Source: an uncultured Verrucomicrobiae bacterium
GTDB lineage: Bacteria > Verrucomicrobiota > Verrucomicrobiia > Limisphaerales > UBA11358
DNA: 64,000 bases
Assembly: GCA_963835625.1 (NCBI GenBank)
Contig: CAWIGO010000011.1
Span: 2,174-66,173, forward strand
Direction of reading: 5' to 3'
Part shown: one piece after another, positions 10,231 through 19,529 of the stretch
How the letters are laid out: the number at the start of each line of letters is the position of its first letter
How positions within the stretch are numbered: position 1 is the stretch's first letter
Position numbers and translations under genes: made by a program
The notes under the pieces: generated by a model
Database searches by the model: none
What the model saw: only the letters and a program-made list of their open reading frames with translations
Told to the model about the DNA's origin: nothing

Positions 10231-11580
10231 ATGGCGCCAGCGACGCATCAACCGGACAACGGGACAGGCCCGTTCCTGAAAAGCTTCAGTCACTTCGAAT
10301 CCGTGTCGAAGCCGGCGTGGCTCCTGCCGCTGCGCAATGCGGGCATGGCGCGCTTCGCCGAACTCGGTTTTCCAACGACTCGTGACGAAGACTGGCGCTT
10401 CACCAACGTCACACCGCTCGCGAAACTGCCGTTCAAGCCAATGTTCAAGCCGGCGGCTGATGCCACCGCCAAATCGGCGCTTAAAAATTATATTTTCGCC
10501 AATGTACCTGGCCCGCGATTGGTTTTTGTAAACGGACATTATTCGGCAACACTTTCTTCCGTGTGCGGATTGCCGGCCGGTGTAAAAGTCTCGAATTTGG
10601 CGGCAGCGCTGGCGTCGGATTCGGCGTTTATCGAGAAGCAGCTCGGCCGGTGTGCGTTGACGGAGGATAATTCATTCGCCGCGCTGAACCAGGCGTTTTT
10701 CCTCGATGGCGGATTTGTCCATGTGCCTGCCGGAGTTTCAATCGCCGAACCGATTCAACTCATTTTTGTTTCCACTGCGAAACAAAGCGGCGAGACAATT
10801 CAGCCGCGCAACTTCATCGTCGCCGGGGCTGACAGCAAGGCGACGGTCATTGAAAGTTACATTTCGGCGGACACCACCGCGTATTTCACCAATGCCGTCA
10901 CCGAAATTGTCGCTGGCGACAACGCGACGCTGGAATACGTCAAATTTCAGGACGAGTCGGCGGACGCTTTTCATCTGGCAACCATTGCCGGCGAACTGGG
11001 CCGCACCAGCAACGTGAACATCCATTCGTTCGCGCTCGGCGCAAAGCTGTCTCGCAACAACATCCGCGCAAAGCTCGCCGGCGAGGGGTTGGAATGCATT
11101 TTGAACGGCCTTTACCTCACACGCGGCGAACAGCTTGCCGACCATCACATGCTCGTCGAGCACGCGCAGCCGCATTGCGCCAGCCACGAGTATTTCAACG
11201 GCATCCTCGACGACAAGTCGAAGGGCGTTTTCCACGGACGGATTCTCGTCCGGCCCATCGCTCAAAAAACCGATGCGAAGCAAACAAACAGAAATCTTTT
11301 ACTATCCGACGACGCGACTGTTGACACCAAGCCGCAACTGGAAATTTACGCCGACGACGTGAAATGCACGCACGGTACGACCGTCGGCCAGTTGAACGAT
11401 GAATCCATTTTTTATCTGCGTTCGCGCGGCCTCGGCGAGGACACCGCGCGGCGGATGTTGATTCATGCTTTCGCCGGCGAAATCATCGCGCGTGTGAAAT
11501 GCGATTCCATCCGCGAGGAATTGGATAAATTAGTTTGGGAACGACTCGAAGCCAATCCGCACCTGATGGAGAGAAAATAG
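10231..11580 (+). CDS. sufD: Fe-S cluster assembly protein SufD
   Basis: 449 aa with C-terminal motif PQLEIYADDVKCTHGTTVGQLNDESIFYLRSRGL. Confidence 0.88.
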   Translation: MAPATHQPDNGTGPFLKSFSHFESVSKPAWLLPLRNAGMARFAELGFPTTRDEDWRFTNVTPLAKLPFKPMFKPAADATAKSALKNYIFANVPGPRLVFVNGHYSATLSSVCGLPAGVKVSNLAAALASDSAFIEKQLGRCALTEDNSFAALNQAFFLDGGFVHVPAGVSIAEPIQLIFVSTAKQSGETIQPRNFIVAGADSKATVIESYISADTTAYFTNAVTEIVAGDNATLEYVKFQDESADAFHLATIAGELGRTSNVNIHSFALGAKLSRNNIRAKLAGEGLECILNGLYLTRGEQLADHHMLVEHAQPHCASHEYFNGILDDKSKGVFHGRILVRPIAQKTDAKQTNRNLLLSDDATVDTKPQLEIYADDVKCTHGTTVGQLNDESIFYLRSRGLGEDTARRMLIHAFAGEIIARVKCDSIREELDKLVWERLEANPHLMERK

Positions 11581-11634
11581 GTAGGGCGCGACCGCCGGGC
11601 GCGCCGCGGACGCCTCGGCGAGGCGTCCCTACCC
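11581..11634. repeat. REP/REPIN-like element, copy A (GTAGGG head, two hairpins, CCCTAC tail)
   Basis: GTAGGGCGCGACCGCCGGGCGCGCCGCGGACGCCTCGGCGAGGCGTCCCTACCC. The second hairpin GGACGCCTCG/CGAGGCGTCC is a perfect palindrome. Fills the sufD-sufU spacer. Confidence 0.85.
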
Positions 11635-11637
11635 AAA

Positions 11638-12099
11638 ATGTTTATGTTTGACGACCTGAACGACCTTTATCAGCAGGTGATTCTTGACCACTGCAAGCGG
11701 CCGCGAAATTTCCACGAATTGCCCGCAGCTACTTGCTCCGCCCAAGGCCACAATCCGCTTTGTGGCGACCAGTTGAAACTGTTCCTCGCGATGGACGGCG
11801 ACAGAATCAAAGACATCAGCTTTGTCGGCTCCGGCTGTTGCATCTCGAAGGCGTCGGCGTCGCTGCTCACGGAATTCGCCAAAGGCAAAACAAAATCGGA
11901 CGTGGAAAGAATGTTCGGCCGAGTCCACGAAATGGTCACGACCGGCAACGTCCAGGGCGATGTCGGCAAACTGGCCGTATTCGCTGGTGTGCATAAATTC
12001 CCCGCGCGTGTCAAATGCGCCATTCTTTCGTGGCACGCCGTCATGGCCGCGTTGAAAGGTGACGCAAAACCGGTCAGCACCGAAAACGAGCAGACCTGA
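11638..12099 (+). CDS. sufU: SUF system NifU-family Fe-S scaffold protein SufU
   Basis: Motifs HNPLCGD, GSGCCISKAS, KCAILSWHA. Confidence 0.9.
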   Translation: MFMFDDLNDLYQQVILDHCKRPRNFHELPAATCSAQGHNPLCGDQLKLFLAMDGDRIKDISFVGSGCCISKASASLLTEFAKGKTKSDVERMFGRVHEMVTTGNVQGDVGKLAVFAGVHKFPARVKCAILSWHAVMAALKGDAKPVSTENEQT

Positions 12100-12159
12100 T
12101 TGATTTCAGTCGCAACAACGGTGATGATGTCTGGGGTAAATTAAACTTAAGAGAGTTGT

Positions 12160-12711
12160 GTGAATTCGAACGAAGCAAAAATTTTGACCCGCGACGTGGA
12201 AGCCGCCGTCGTGCCCGTCGGCACGAAGGTCACGTTGCAAAAGGGCGGACAGGCTTACCTCATGCAATCGCTCGGCGGCTCTTACACCGTCATCGTCAAC
12301 GGCAACATGTTCCGCATTGACGGCAAGGACGCCGACGCGCTCGGGCTCGAAGCGCATGGCAAACCGGCGGCGGCCACCAGCGGCCCGGCGACGCAGGAGG
12401 AACTGGAAAAACAAGTCTGGGACGCGCTCAAGACGTGTTACGACCCGGAGATTCCCGTCAACATCGTTGACCTCGGCTTGATTTACGACTGCCACCTCAC
12501 GCCCGCCGGCGAAAACAGCTTCAAGGCCGACGTGAAAATGACGCTGACTGCGCCCGGCTGCGGCATGGGCCCGATGCTCGCGCAGGATGTGCAAAGCAAA
12601 TTGTTGAACCTCGGACCGATTGGCGAGGCGAACGTCGAGCTGGTCTGGGACCCGCCATGGAACCAAAGCATGATGACCGAGGCGGCGAAGCTGCAACTGG
12701 GTTTAATATGA
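12160..12711 (+). CDS. sufT: Long-form SufT-like Fe-S assembly protein (C-terminal DUF59 domain)
   Basis: GTG start. C-terminal DUF59 signature CYDPEIPVNIVDLGLIYD...MTLTAPGCGMG. Lies within the suf cluster. Confidence 0.75.
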   Translation: MNSNEAKILTRDVEAAVVPVGTKVTLQKGGQAYLMQSLGGSYTVIVNGNMFRIDGKDADALGLEAHGKPAAATSGPATQEELEKQVWDALKTCYDPEIPVNIVDLGLIYDCHLTPAGENSFKADVKMTLTAPGCGMGPMLAQDVQSKLLNLGPIGEANVELVWDPPWNQSMMTEAAKLQLGLI

Positions 12712-12714
12712 CAG

Positions 12715-12774
12715 GTAGGGACGCGCTGCCAGCGCGTCCGTTTGTGGCGGACGCCCGGGCCGGGCGTCCCTACC
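12715..12774. repeat. REP/REPIN-like element, copy B
   Basis: GTAGGGACGCGCTGCCAGCGCGTCC-GTTTGTGGC-GGACGCCCGGGCCGGGCGTCCCTACC. The two halves are inverted GTAGGGACGC-hairpin units. Fills the sufT-sufS spacer. Confidence 0.85.
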
Positions 12775-12783
12775 TACGAGCTA

Positions 12784-14022
12784 ATGATGACACCAAAGAA
12801 AATTGATTGGGCTGCCCTGCGAAAGGATTTCCCCATCCTCGACCAGAAAGTCTACGGCAAGCCGCTGATTTATTTCGACAACGCCGCCACGAGCCAGAAA
12901 CCGCACGCGGTGATTGACGCGCTGGTTCATTATTACAAATGCGACAACGCCAACGTCCATCGCGGCATCCATGAGTTGAGCAATCGCGCCACGGCAGGCT
13001 ACGAAGCGGCGCGAGCGCGCGCAGCCAAATTCATCAATGCCCACACCGCTGACGAAATCGTTTTCACCCGCGGCACAACCGAAGGCATCAATCTCGTCGC
13101 AAGTTCCTGGGGCGCGAAAAATCTCAAAGCCAATGACATTATCCTGCTCACGGAGATGGAGCATCACAGCAACCTCGTGCCGTGGCAATTGCTCGCCCAA
13201 CGTACCGGCGCAAAGCTTGCCTACGTGCCTGTCACCGGCGATGAGGGTCTGCTCGACTTGAGCAAGCTGGACTCGCTGCTCGCAAAGCAGGTGAAGATTT
13301 TTGCAATGGTTCACATCTCAAACTCGCTTGGCACGGTGAATCCGGTCGCCGAACTTTGCGTCCGTGCACGCAAACTCGGCATCACCACGCTCGTGGACGC
13401 CGCGCAAAGCGCCGGCCACATGCCTGTGGACGTGCAACAAATCGGCTGTGATTTTCTCGCGTTTTCCGGCCACAAAATCTGCGGGCCGACTGGAATAGGC
13501 GTTCTTTACGGACGACAGGAAATTCTCGATGCCATGCCGCCGTATCAGGGCGGCGGTGAAATGATTTTGTCGGTCGAATACCAAAAGACCGAGTTCAAAA
13601 AGGCGCCGCATCGGTTTGAAGCCGGCACGCCTGACATTTCCGGCCCGATTGGTTTGCACGTGGCGATGGATTATCTCGACGCCATCGGCCGCGAAAACAT
13701 CTGGAAGCACGACCAGGAACTGGCGGCCTATGCCTACGAAAAACTGGCCGCGCTGAAAAATATTCGATTGTTCGGCCCGAAAAGTGGTCGTGCGAGCCTC
13801 GTGAGTTTTCTGCTCAAAGACATTCACGCGCACGACGTGGTGACGCTGGCGGACCAGGCGGGCGTAGCGTTGCGCGGCGGGCATCATTGCACGCAACCGC
13901 TCATGCACAGACTGGGAGTCGAGTCCACCGCCCGCGCGAGTTTTTATTTTTACAACACCAAGGCCGAAGTAGACCGGTTTGTGGAGGTAGTGAAGGAGAT
14001 TCAGAAGTTTTTCGGCCAATAA
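12784..14022 (+). CDS. sufS: Cysteine desulfurase SufS (group II)
   Basis: PLP-dependent aminotransferase class V pattern with active-site region RGGHHCTQPLM. Start at ATG 12784, since the ORF extension to 12742 lies inside repeat B. Confidence 0.93.
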   Translation: MMTPKKIDWAALRKDFPILDQKVYGKPLIYFDNAATSQKPHAVIDALVHYYKCDNANVHRGIHELSNRATAGYEAARARAAKFINAHTADEIVFTRGTTEGINLVASSWGAKNLKANDIILLTEMEHHSNLVPWQLLAQRTGAKLAYVPVTGDEGLLDLSKLDSLLAKQVKIFAMVHISNSLGTVNPVAELCVRARKLGITTLVDAAQSAGHMPVDVQQIGCDFLAFSGHKICGPTGIGVLYGRQEILDAMPPYQGGGEMILSVEYQKTEFKKAPHRFEAGTPDISGPIGLHVAMDYLDAIGRENIWKHDQELAAYAYEKLAALKNIRLFGPKSGRASLVSFLLKDIHAHDVVTLADQAGVALRGGHHCTQPLMHRLGVESTARASFYFYNTKAEVDRFVEVVKEIQKFFGQ

Positions 14023-14050
14023 TTTCAAAGGGGAGCTCCGCCCTCCGAAA

Positions 14051-15160
14051 TCACACGTTGAATTTGAACAGCAGCACATCGCCGTCCTTGACGGCGTAAT
14101 CGCGGCCTTCGATGCGGTAGTGGCCGGTTTCGCGGGCATGGCCGACCGAGCCGCACTTCGCCAGATCATCCCAGTTCACCGTCTCCGCCTTGATGAACCC
14201 GCGCTCGAAGTCGGTGTGGATGGTGCCGGCAGCCTTTACGGCGGTGTCGCCCGCGTGAATCGTCCAAGCCCGGACTTCCTTTTCGTTGAACGTGAAAAAT
14301 GTCCGCAGGCCAAGCACGTGATACGTGGCGCGAATAAGCTGGCCGAGACCTGATTCCTCCACGCCAAGTTCCTTCAAGTATGCCACGGCCTCCTCCGGTG
14401 GCAGATCAACAAGGTCGCTTTCAATCTGCGCGCTGACGACGACGGCTTCGCACGCAAGATGCATCTTCACGTAATCGCGCACTGTTTGAACGAATGAATT
14501 TTTGTCCGCGGTGGCGAGGTCGGATTCCTTGACGTTACAGGCGAAAATGGTCGGTTTGTCCGTCAGGAGGAAGAAACTGTGCATGATGATTTTCTCATCC
14601 GGCGCCAGCGGCAGCGCAAACGTGTTGGCCGGTTTGCCCGCGTTCAGATGAGCCCCCATTTTTTCCAGCAGGTGCTCTTCCAGCAGCGCGTGTTTGTCTC
14701 CGCGTTTCACGTCCTTGGAAATTTTTTCCCGCCGTTTTTTGACGGTTTCGATGTCGGCCAGCACCAGTTCGGTGGTGACGATTTCAATGTCGCGCACCGG
14801 ATCAATGCTGCCGGTGACATGCATAACGTCGGGGTCCTCAAAGCAGCGAACCACGTGCACGATGGCGTCCACTTCGCGGATGTGGCTCAGAAACTTGTTG
14901 CCCAGACCCTCGCCGTGCGACGAGCCTTTCACGAGGCCGGCGATGTCCACGAATTCAATCGTCGTGGGAATGATGGTTTGCGTTTTTGCAATTTTTGCGA
15001 GCGGTTCGAGGCGCGCGTCCGGCACGGTGACAACGCCGAGGTTCGGCTCGATGGTGCAGAACGGGTAATTCTCCGCAGGAGCTTTGTGCGAACGGGTGAC
15101 GGCGTTGAACAACGTGGATTTACCCACGTTGGGCAGACCGACGATTCCGGCTTTCAACAT
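14051..15160 (-). CDS. ychF: Redox-regulated ATPase YchF
   Basis: G1 motif GLPNVGKSTLFNA, TGS-like C-terminus, 369 aa. Confidence 0.95.
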   Translation of the reverse strand: MLKAGIVGLPNVGKSTLFNAVTRSHKAPAENYPFCTIEPNLGVVTVPDARLEPLAKIAKTQTIIPTTIEFVDIAGLVKGSSHGEGLGNKFLSHIREVDAIVHVVRCFEDPDVMHVTGSIDPVRDIEIVTTELVLADIETVKKRREKISKDVKRGDKHALLEEHLLEKMGAHLNAGKPANTFALPLAPDEKIIMHSFFLLTDKPTIFACNVKESDLATADKNSFVQTVRDYVKMHLACEAVVVSAQIESDLVDLPPEEAVAYLKELGVEESGLGQLIRATYHVLGLRTFFTFNEKEVRAWTIHAGDTAVKAAGTIHTDFERGFIKAETVNWDDLAKCGSVGHARETGHYRIEGRDYAVKDGDVLLFKFNV

Positions 15161-15196
15161 GATTTGGTTGCGGAAAGGTTTTCGCGCGCCGGCGTT

Positions 15197-15907
15197 TCAA
15201 ATTTTATGTCGCGCCAATTGCCATGCAATATGCACCCCTTGCATCAGCCCGAGTGCGAGCAGGCAAACGCCGGAAAAGCGCTCCATGCGCAGCAGGGTTT
15301 GTTCGCTGAACCGTCCCTGCCCGCGCGATACAACATAGCTGAGCGTGCAGAACCACAGATTCGCACCCAGCGCCACGCCGGTAATGAACGCCGCTTTGGC
15401 GGTGACGGTGTTTTCCACCCACTCATAGGAGGTGAAATAGGCCTCGTGCGACATAAAGTAGGCGGCCGCCACGATCCAAAACAGGAGCACGCTCATGTTG
15501 CCCATCACGCGCACGAAGCCGGTCATAAACGCCGAGTGTGGATGGAATTTTTCGTCGATGCGTTTTTCAATCCGGCTGGCCGTTTTCCCGAGTTGGGTTG
15601 GCGCAGTCACTGTTTGCGCCGAGAGAAATTTTACACCCAGAAACAGCATGAACGCAAAAGTAAACACTTCCATGGTCGCCTTGACCATATGGTTGTCGAA
15701 GAACGAGGAGAATCCGGTGAACGCAATTGTGCAGTAAATCACATCCATTGTCGCCGCGCCGAGGCCGATGAGCGTTGCCCATTTGAAACCGCGCTGCGCG
15801 CCGTCGTTGATGATGGTGAGATTCACGGGGCCGACAGGCATCGAAAGCAGCAGCCCGCTGATGAAGCCCGTGAGGGCGGCAAGGAAAATGGGCGAAAGTT
15901 CCGGCAT
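15197..15907 (-). CDS. LysE/RhtB family amino-acid exporter
   Basis: 236-aa polytopic membrane protein with N-terminal PVGPVNL motif typical of the LysE family. Confidence 0.75.
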   Translation of the reverse strand: MPELSPIFLAALTGFISGLLLSMPVGPVNLTIINDGAQRGFKWATLIGLGAATMDVIYCTIAFTGFSSFFDNHMVKATMEVFTFAFMLFLGVKFLSAQTVTAPTQLGKTASRIEKRIDEKFHPHSAFMTGFVRVMGNMSVLLFWIVAAAYFMSHEAYFTSYEWVENTVTAKAAFITGVALGANLWFCTLSYVVSRGQGRFSEQTLLRMERFSGVCLLALGLMQGVHIAWQLARHKI

Positions 15908-15912
15908 GGTTT

Positions 15913-16770
15913 TTAGTGCGCCGACTCCGGTTCATTGTCGTCTTCGTCTTCAATTTCCCGGCGCCACGCGTGCGAAATGCGCGGACGCACGAAGCCGTAG
16001 ATCAGATAGAGCGTGAAGAACGCGGGCAATACGAAGACCAGAATTTTTTCCCGCAAAATCAAAATGCAGCCGGCGAACAAAATGATCACGAGCATCTTGG
16101 TGAACGTCCGCGTCGCGCGCAGGTCCAACGACTTGAAACTCGGATAACGCACGTGGCTGACCATCATCCACGACAAAAACAGCAGCAGCGGCGGCAGCAC
16201 GAACCGCAGATAGCCGACAGCAAAATCCTTTTCATCCCACCACATCATGAACAGCGTCAGGGACGCCACCAACGCCGCCGCCGAGGGAATGGGAAAGCCA
16301 AGGAAATCCTTGCCGCTGCCGCTGGATTGTGTTGACAGCACATTAAAACGCGCCAGCCGGAATGCGCCGCAAATGAGATAAATCGAGGCGATGAACCAAC
16401 CAATTTCCGGCTGCTTCACAAACACATCGCGCAGCACGATGCGATGCACCAGAAACGCGGGCGCGACACCGAATGAGATTAAATCCGCCAGAGAATCAAA
16501 TTCGCGCCCGAACGGGCTGTCCGCGCCCCCCCAACGGGCCACGCGCCCGTCGAGCAAATCAAAGATGCACGCCAGCAAAATGAACGCGAGCGCGAATTTG
16601 ATTTGGTTGAAATAATTCTCACCCAGCGGATCGGCTTCCACGATTTTGGTCAACGCCACAAAACCGCAGAACAAATTGCCCGCCGTCAACAGATTCGGCA
16701 GAAAATAAATTCTCAACCGGCTCTCGTCCGAATCGTCGAGCGGCGGTTTTGGAGCAATGGGTTCGTTCAT
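15913..16770 (-). CDS. pssA: CDP-diacylglycerol--serine O-phosphatidyltransferase
   Basis: CDP-alcohol phosphatidyltransferase motif DLLDGRVAR...G.EFDSLADLISF. Start at internal Met MNEPIAP; the ORF extension to 16932 overlaps psd. Confidence 0.88.
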   Translation of the reverse strand: MNEPIAPKPPLDDSDESRLRIYFLPNLLTAGNLFCGFVALTKIVEADPLGENYFNQIKFALAFILLACIFDLLDGRVARWGGADSPFGREFDSLADLISFGVAPAFLVHRIVLRDVFVKQPEIGWFIASIYLICGAFRLARFNVLSTQSSGSGKDFLGFPIPSAAALVASLTLFMMWWDEKDFAVGYLRFVLPPLLLFLSWMMVSHVRYPSFKSLDLRATRTFTKMLVIILFAGCILILREKILVFVLPAFFTLYLIYGFVRPRISHAWRREIEDEDDNEPESAH

Positions 16771-16772
16771 TT

Positions 16773-17555
16773 TCAATCGAAAGCGGCGATCACAGTTTCG
16801 CCGCCGATGACTTTGTCGTTGAGTTTGACTTTGATTTTTGCCCGGCGCGGCAGATAAATGTCCACGCGCGAGCCAAATTGAATCAGGCTGATGCGTTCGC
16901 CGCGCTGGACGGCATCGTTTTCCTTGATCCACGGCACGATGCGGCGCGCGATGAGGCCGGCGATGAGGCGCACGCCGATTTTTTCGCCGCGCGGTTCGGC
17001 GGCATCGAAGCCGACAAGCACGTTTTCGTTGAATTGAGCGGATTCAGCCTTCATCGCGTTGAGGTATTGGCCAGGCGTGTGTTTAAAATAAGCGACGCGA
17101 GCCGTCACCGGCGCGTATTGCACGTGAACGTCAATGACGGAGAGAAAAATGGAAACCCGCTGACATTCGCCGCCGATGTATTCCAGTTCGGTCGTCGTGT
17201 CAATCACGTCCACTTTGCCGTGAGCGGGTGAAATGACAAGATGCGGGCCGGTCGGCACGAGCGGGTCGGGGTCGCGGAAAAAATAAAAGGTAAACACGGC
17301 AAAAGCCGCCCAAAGCACGATTAGCACGCCGGCAAATTCGAGCACAAACGCGCCGATGACTTTGGCCAGAAACGCGATGGCGAACAGCGCGACGACTCCC
17401 GCACCGGCCAAACCGATGAGACGCAACGCGGCGAGCGACGCTTTTCCGGAGTATTTCACGCGGCCAAGGTAAAAACTTTGGGCGCGACTTGCAATTCGGC
17501 ATTTTGAGGGCAGATTAAGTTCGTTGCGAAATCCGGCACGCTGCCGGAAAGACAC
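16773..17555 (-). CDS. psd: Phosphatidylserine decarboxylase proenzyme (short Asd-type)
   Basis: Motifs ISPAHGKV and self-cleavage-region FGSRVD. The start is uncertain: only 20 nt separate the ORF start from the divergent gene, so a GTG near 17459 is plausible. Confidence 0.85.
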   Translation of the reverse strand: MSFRQRAGFRNELNLPSKCRIASRAQSFYLGRVKYSGKASLAALRLIGLAGAGVVALFAIAFLAKVIGAFVLEFAGVLIVLWAAFAVFTFYFFRDPDPLVPTGPHLVISPAHGKVDVIDTTTELEYIGGECQRVSIFLSVIDVHVQYAPVTARVAYFKHTPGQYLNAMKAESAQFNENVLVGFDAAEPRGEKIGVRLIAGLIARRIVPWIKENDAVQRGERISLIQFGSRVDIYLPRRAKIKVKLNDKVIGGETVIAAFD

Positions 17556-17575
17556 CGAAACAAAGGAGAGAAATT

Positions 17576-18028
17576 ATGGCCAAAAATAACAGTCCTGATT
17601 TGACGAAACGCCCGCCGCGCAGTCCGCGTGTGCAGCTTGGAGGTTATGTGATTTTACCCCGAATGCTCGACAAAGGCCGTGCGACTATCGCGGGCAAAAA
17701 TGGCGAATATCATTACGCTTGTCCGCTGGATCAGCGTTTCCTTGAGTTTGCTGGCATTAATCCCAAAGCGCTGAAAAGGGAACTCGCCAGGGGTAAAGGC
17801 GACGGCGAAATCCTCAAATGGATTGAGAAAAACGCCAGGCACAAACATTCGCCGGTGGAAATTGCCGCGTGGTCGGCGTTCGCGGAACAGCGCGTGCCGA
17901 CGGACGTGGAAACACGCGCGTATTTCAACGATCAGGTTTCCAAGATTGCGCCCAAACGCGAAGACATTGCGACCTTTTTCGACTGGCTGGACTTGGACGA
18001 CTACGTGAGCTTCGGCGGCAAGGCCTGA
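17576..18028 (+). CDS. DUF5069 domain-containing protein
   Basis: 150 aa with N-terminal pattern PRSPRVQLGGYVILPRMLDKGRA...YHYACPLDQ characteristic of this uncharacterised family. Confidence 0.6.
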   Translation: MAKNNSPDLTKRPPRSPRVQLGGYVILPRMLDKGRATIAGKNGEYHYACPLDQRFLEFAGINPKALKRELARGKGDGEILKWIEKNARHKHSPVEIAAWSAFAEQRVPTDVETRAYFNDQVSKIAPKREDIATFFDWLDLDDYVSFGGKA

Positions 18029-18029
18029 A

Positions 18030-19529
18030 TCAAATTGCCGGAGCCGTTGTCTGAATTGTGGGGACGGCTTCCGACTCGGACGCGGCGGTTTTGAAAGTTT
18101 GGATTCGGTCAATCCGATGGCGCCGTTTCGTCCCGTGAAGCTCAAATTCCACCTCGTCGCCGACCTTGTGGTTGAGCAATGACTGCGCCACGGGCGAAAG
18201 ATAGCTGATGATGCCTTTGTCCGGCTCGGAATCCCACGCGCCCAGAATCGTGAAGGTTTCCGACTGATTCGTGCTGGGATCGGTCGCCTGCACGATGGTG
18301 CCGATGCTCACGATGTCGGTCTTGGCATTGGAAAAATCCGTGCCGCGTGCGCGCGTGAGTTGCGCTTCGATCTCCTCTTTGCGGCGCATGAGAATCTTTT
18401 GCATTTCCTTCGCGGCTTTGTATTCATGATTTTCGCTGAGGTCGCCGAAACCGCGCGCGATGGCAATTTCCTTTGAGTTGGCCGGGATTTTCTTTTGCAC
18501 GAGCTCCTGATATTCGGCGCGTCGGCGTTCGAGACTTTCCCACGAAACAAGAATCGAATTGTCCTGCCTGGACTGCTCGCCGCTGACAAGCGATTGCACG
18601 GAGGGATGGGCTTTGACGAGCCGCGCCAGGAGCGAACGCTTGTCCATGTCGTCAAACACCGTTGAAAGCTGCAACGCGCGGGTGAGGTCTTTGATGACTT
18701 CGATGTCGGCGGATGCAGTCAACTCAGCCAGTAATTCATGGTCATCCAAAATAAATTCCCGCAAACGGTTTGAGCGTTTCTCGTTGAATTGATCGCGCTC
18801 CATCGCCGTGAGCATTGCGCGAAAAACTTCCGGGCCCAAAATGTCGGCGAAGACGTCGCTGCGGTCGCGGCTGAGCCAGAGCAGCAATTCGCTGTGGGCG
18901 GCGTGCTGATTGATGAGCCGCACGAGTGTTTCCTTGAGCAAATCCATTTTGCCTTCCTGAATGAGCAAATTGGCAAATTCGCGGCACAGCTTGGCGGAAA
19001 TGGAATTCAGTGAACTGCGCAGGAACTCAATCCAACGTTCGGGATTTGCCGCCTTGAGCGATTCCAACGCGCGATGATGTTTCGCAGCGGGAATTTGTTC
19101 GAGCATCAGGCCGAATTTGACGTCTTCCTGCGTCCAGATTTGCGCGGCGGTGATTTCGCCCTCGATGGACGGAACTCCAGCCATGGCGTGCGAATCATCG
19201 CGGGCAAAAATCGCTTCCAGCGCGACGGCGGGCTGCGTGCGTTGATGCGACGCAATGTCGGTGTTGAGCGCGGCGATGATTTCATTGGCTGCAGCCACTT
19301 TATCGGTCAAGTCAGACGCGCTTTTAAGCATTTCGCCGACAACCGCCACGCGCGCTTTCAAACCTTTCGCCGCGCGGAAACCCGCGAGCAAACGGTCCTG
19401 AAGCGACGTTTCCTGCGCCTGAAAAACGACCGGCTCCGTTTTTTTCATCGGCACGATGAAATGGCCGTCCTTTTTCATTTCGCGCTCGCGCGGTTTCCCA
19501 CCATTTCTTCCAATCGTCGCGAATGACAT
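18030..19529 (-). CDS. greA: Long-form GreA/GreB family elongation factor, C-terminal two-thirds (same gene as 19324..19902, separated by a frameshift)
   Basis: C-terminal GreA signature DLSENHEYKAAKEMQ plus the FKBP-like Gre C-domain. Real coding probably begins only at REREMKKDGHF. No independent start context. Confidence 0.8.
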   Translation of the reverse strand: MSFATIGRNGGKPREREMKKDGHFIVPMKKTEPVVFQAQETSLQDRLLAGFRAAKGLKARVAVVGEMLKSASDLTDKVAAANEIIAALNTDIASHQRTQPAVALEAIFARDDSHAMAGVPSIEGEITAAQIWTQEDVKFGLMLEQIPAAKHHRALESLKAANPERWIEFLRSSLNSISAKLCREFANLLIQEGKMDLLKETLVRLINQHAAHSELLLWLSRDRSDVFADILGPEVFRAMLTAMERDQFNEKRSNRLREFILDDHELLAELTASADIEVIKDLTRALQLSTVFDDMDKRSLLARLVKAHPSVQSLVSGEQSRQDNSILVSWESLERRRAEYQELVQKKIPANSKEIAIARGFGDLSENHEYKAAKEMQKILMRRKEEIEAQLTRARGTDFSNAKTDIVSIGTIVQATDPSTNQSETFTILGAWDSEPDKGIISYLSPVAQSLLNHKVGDEVEFELHGTKRRHRIDRIQTFKTAASESEAVPTIQTTAPAI

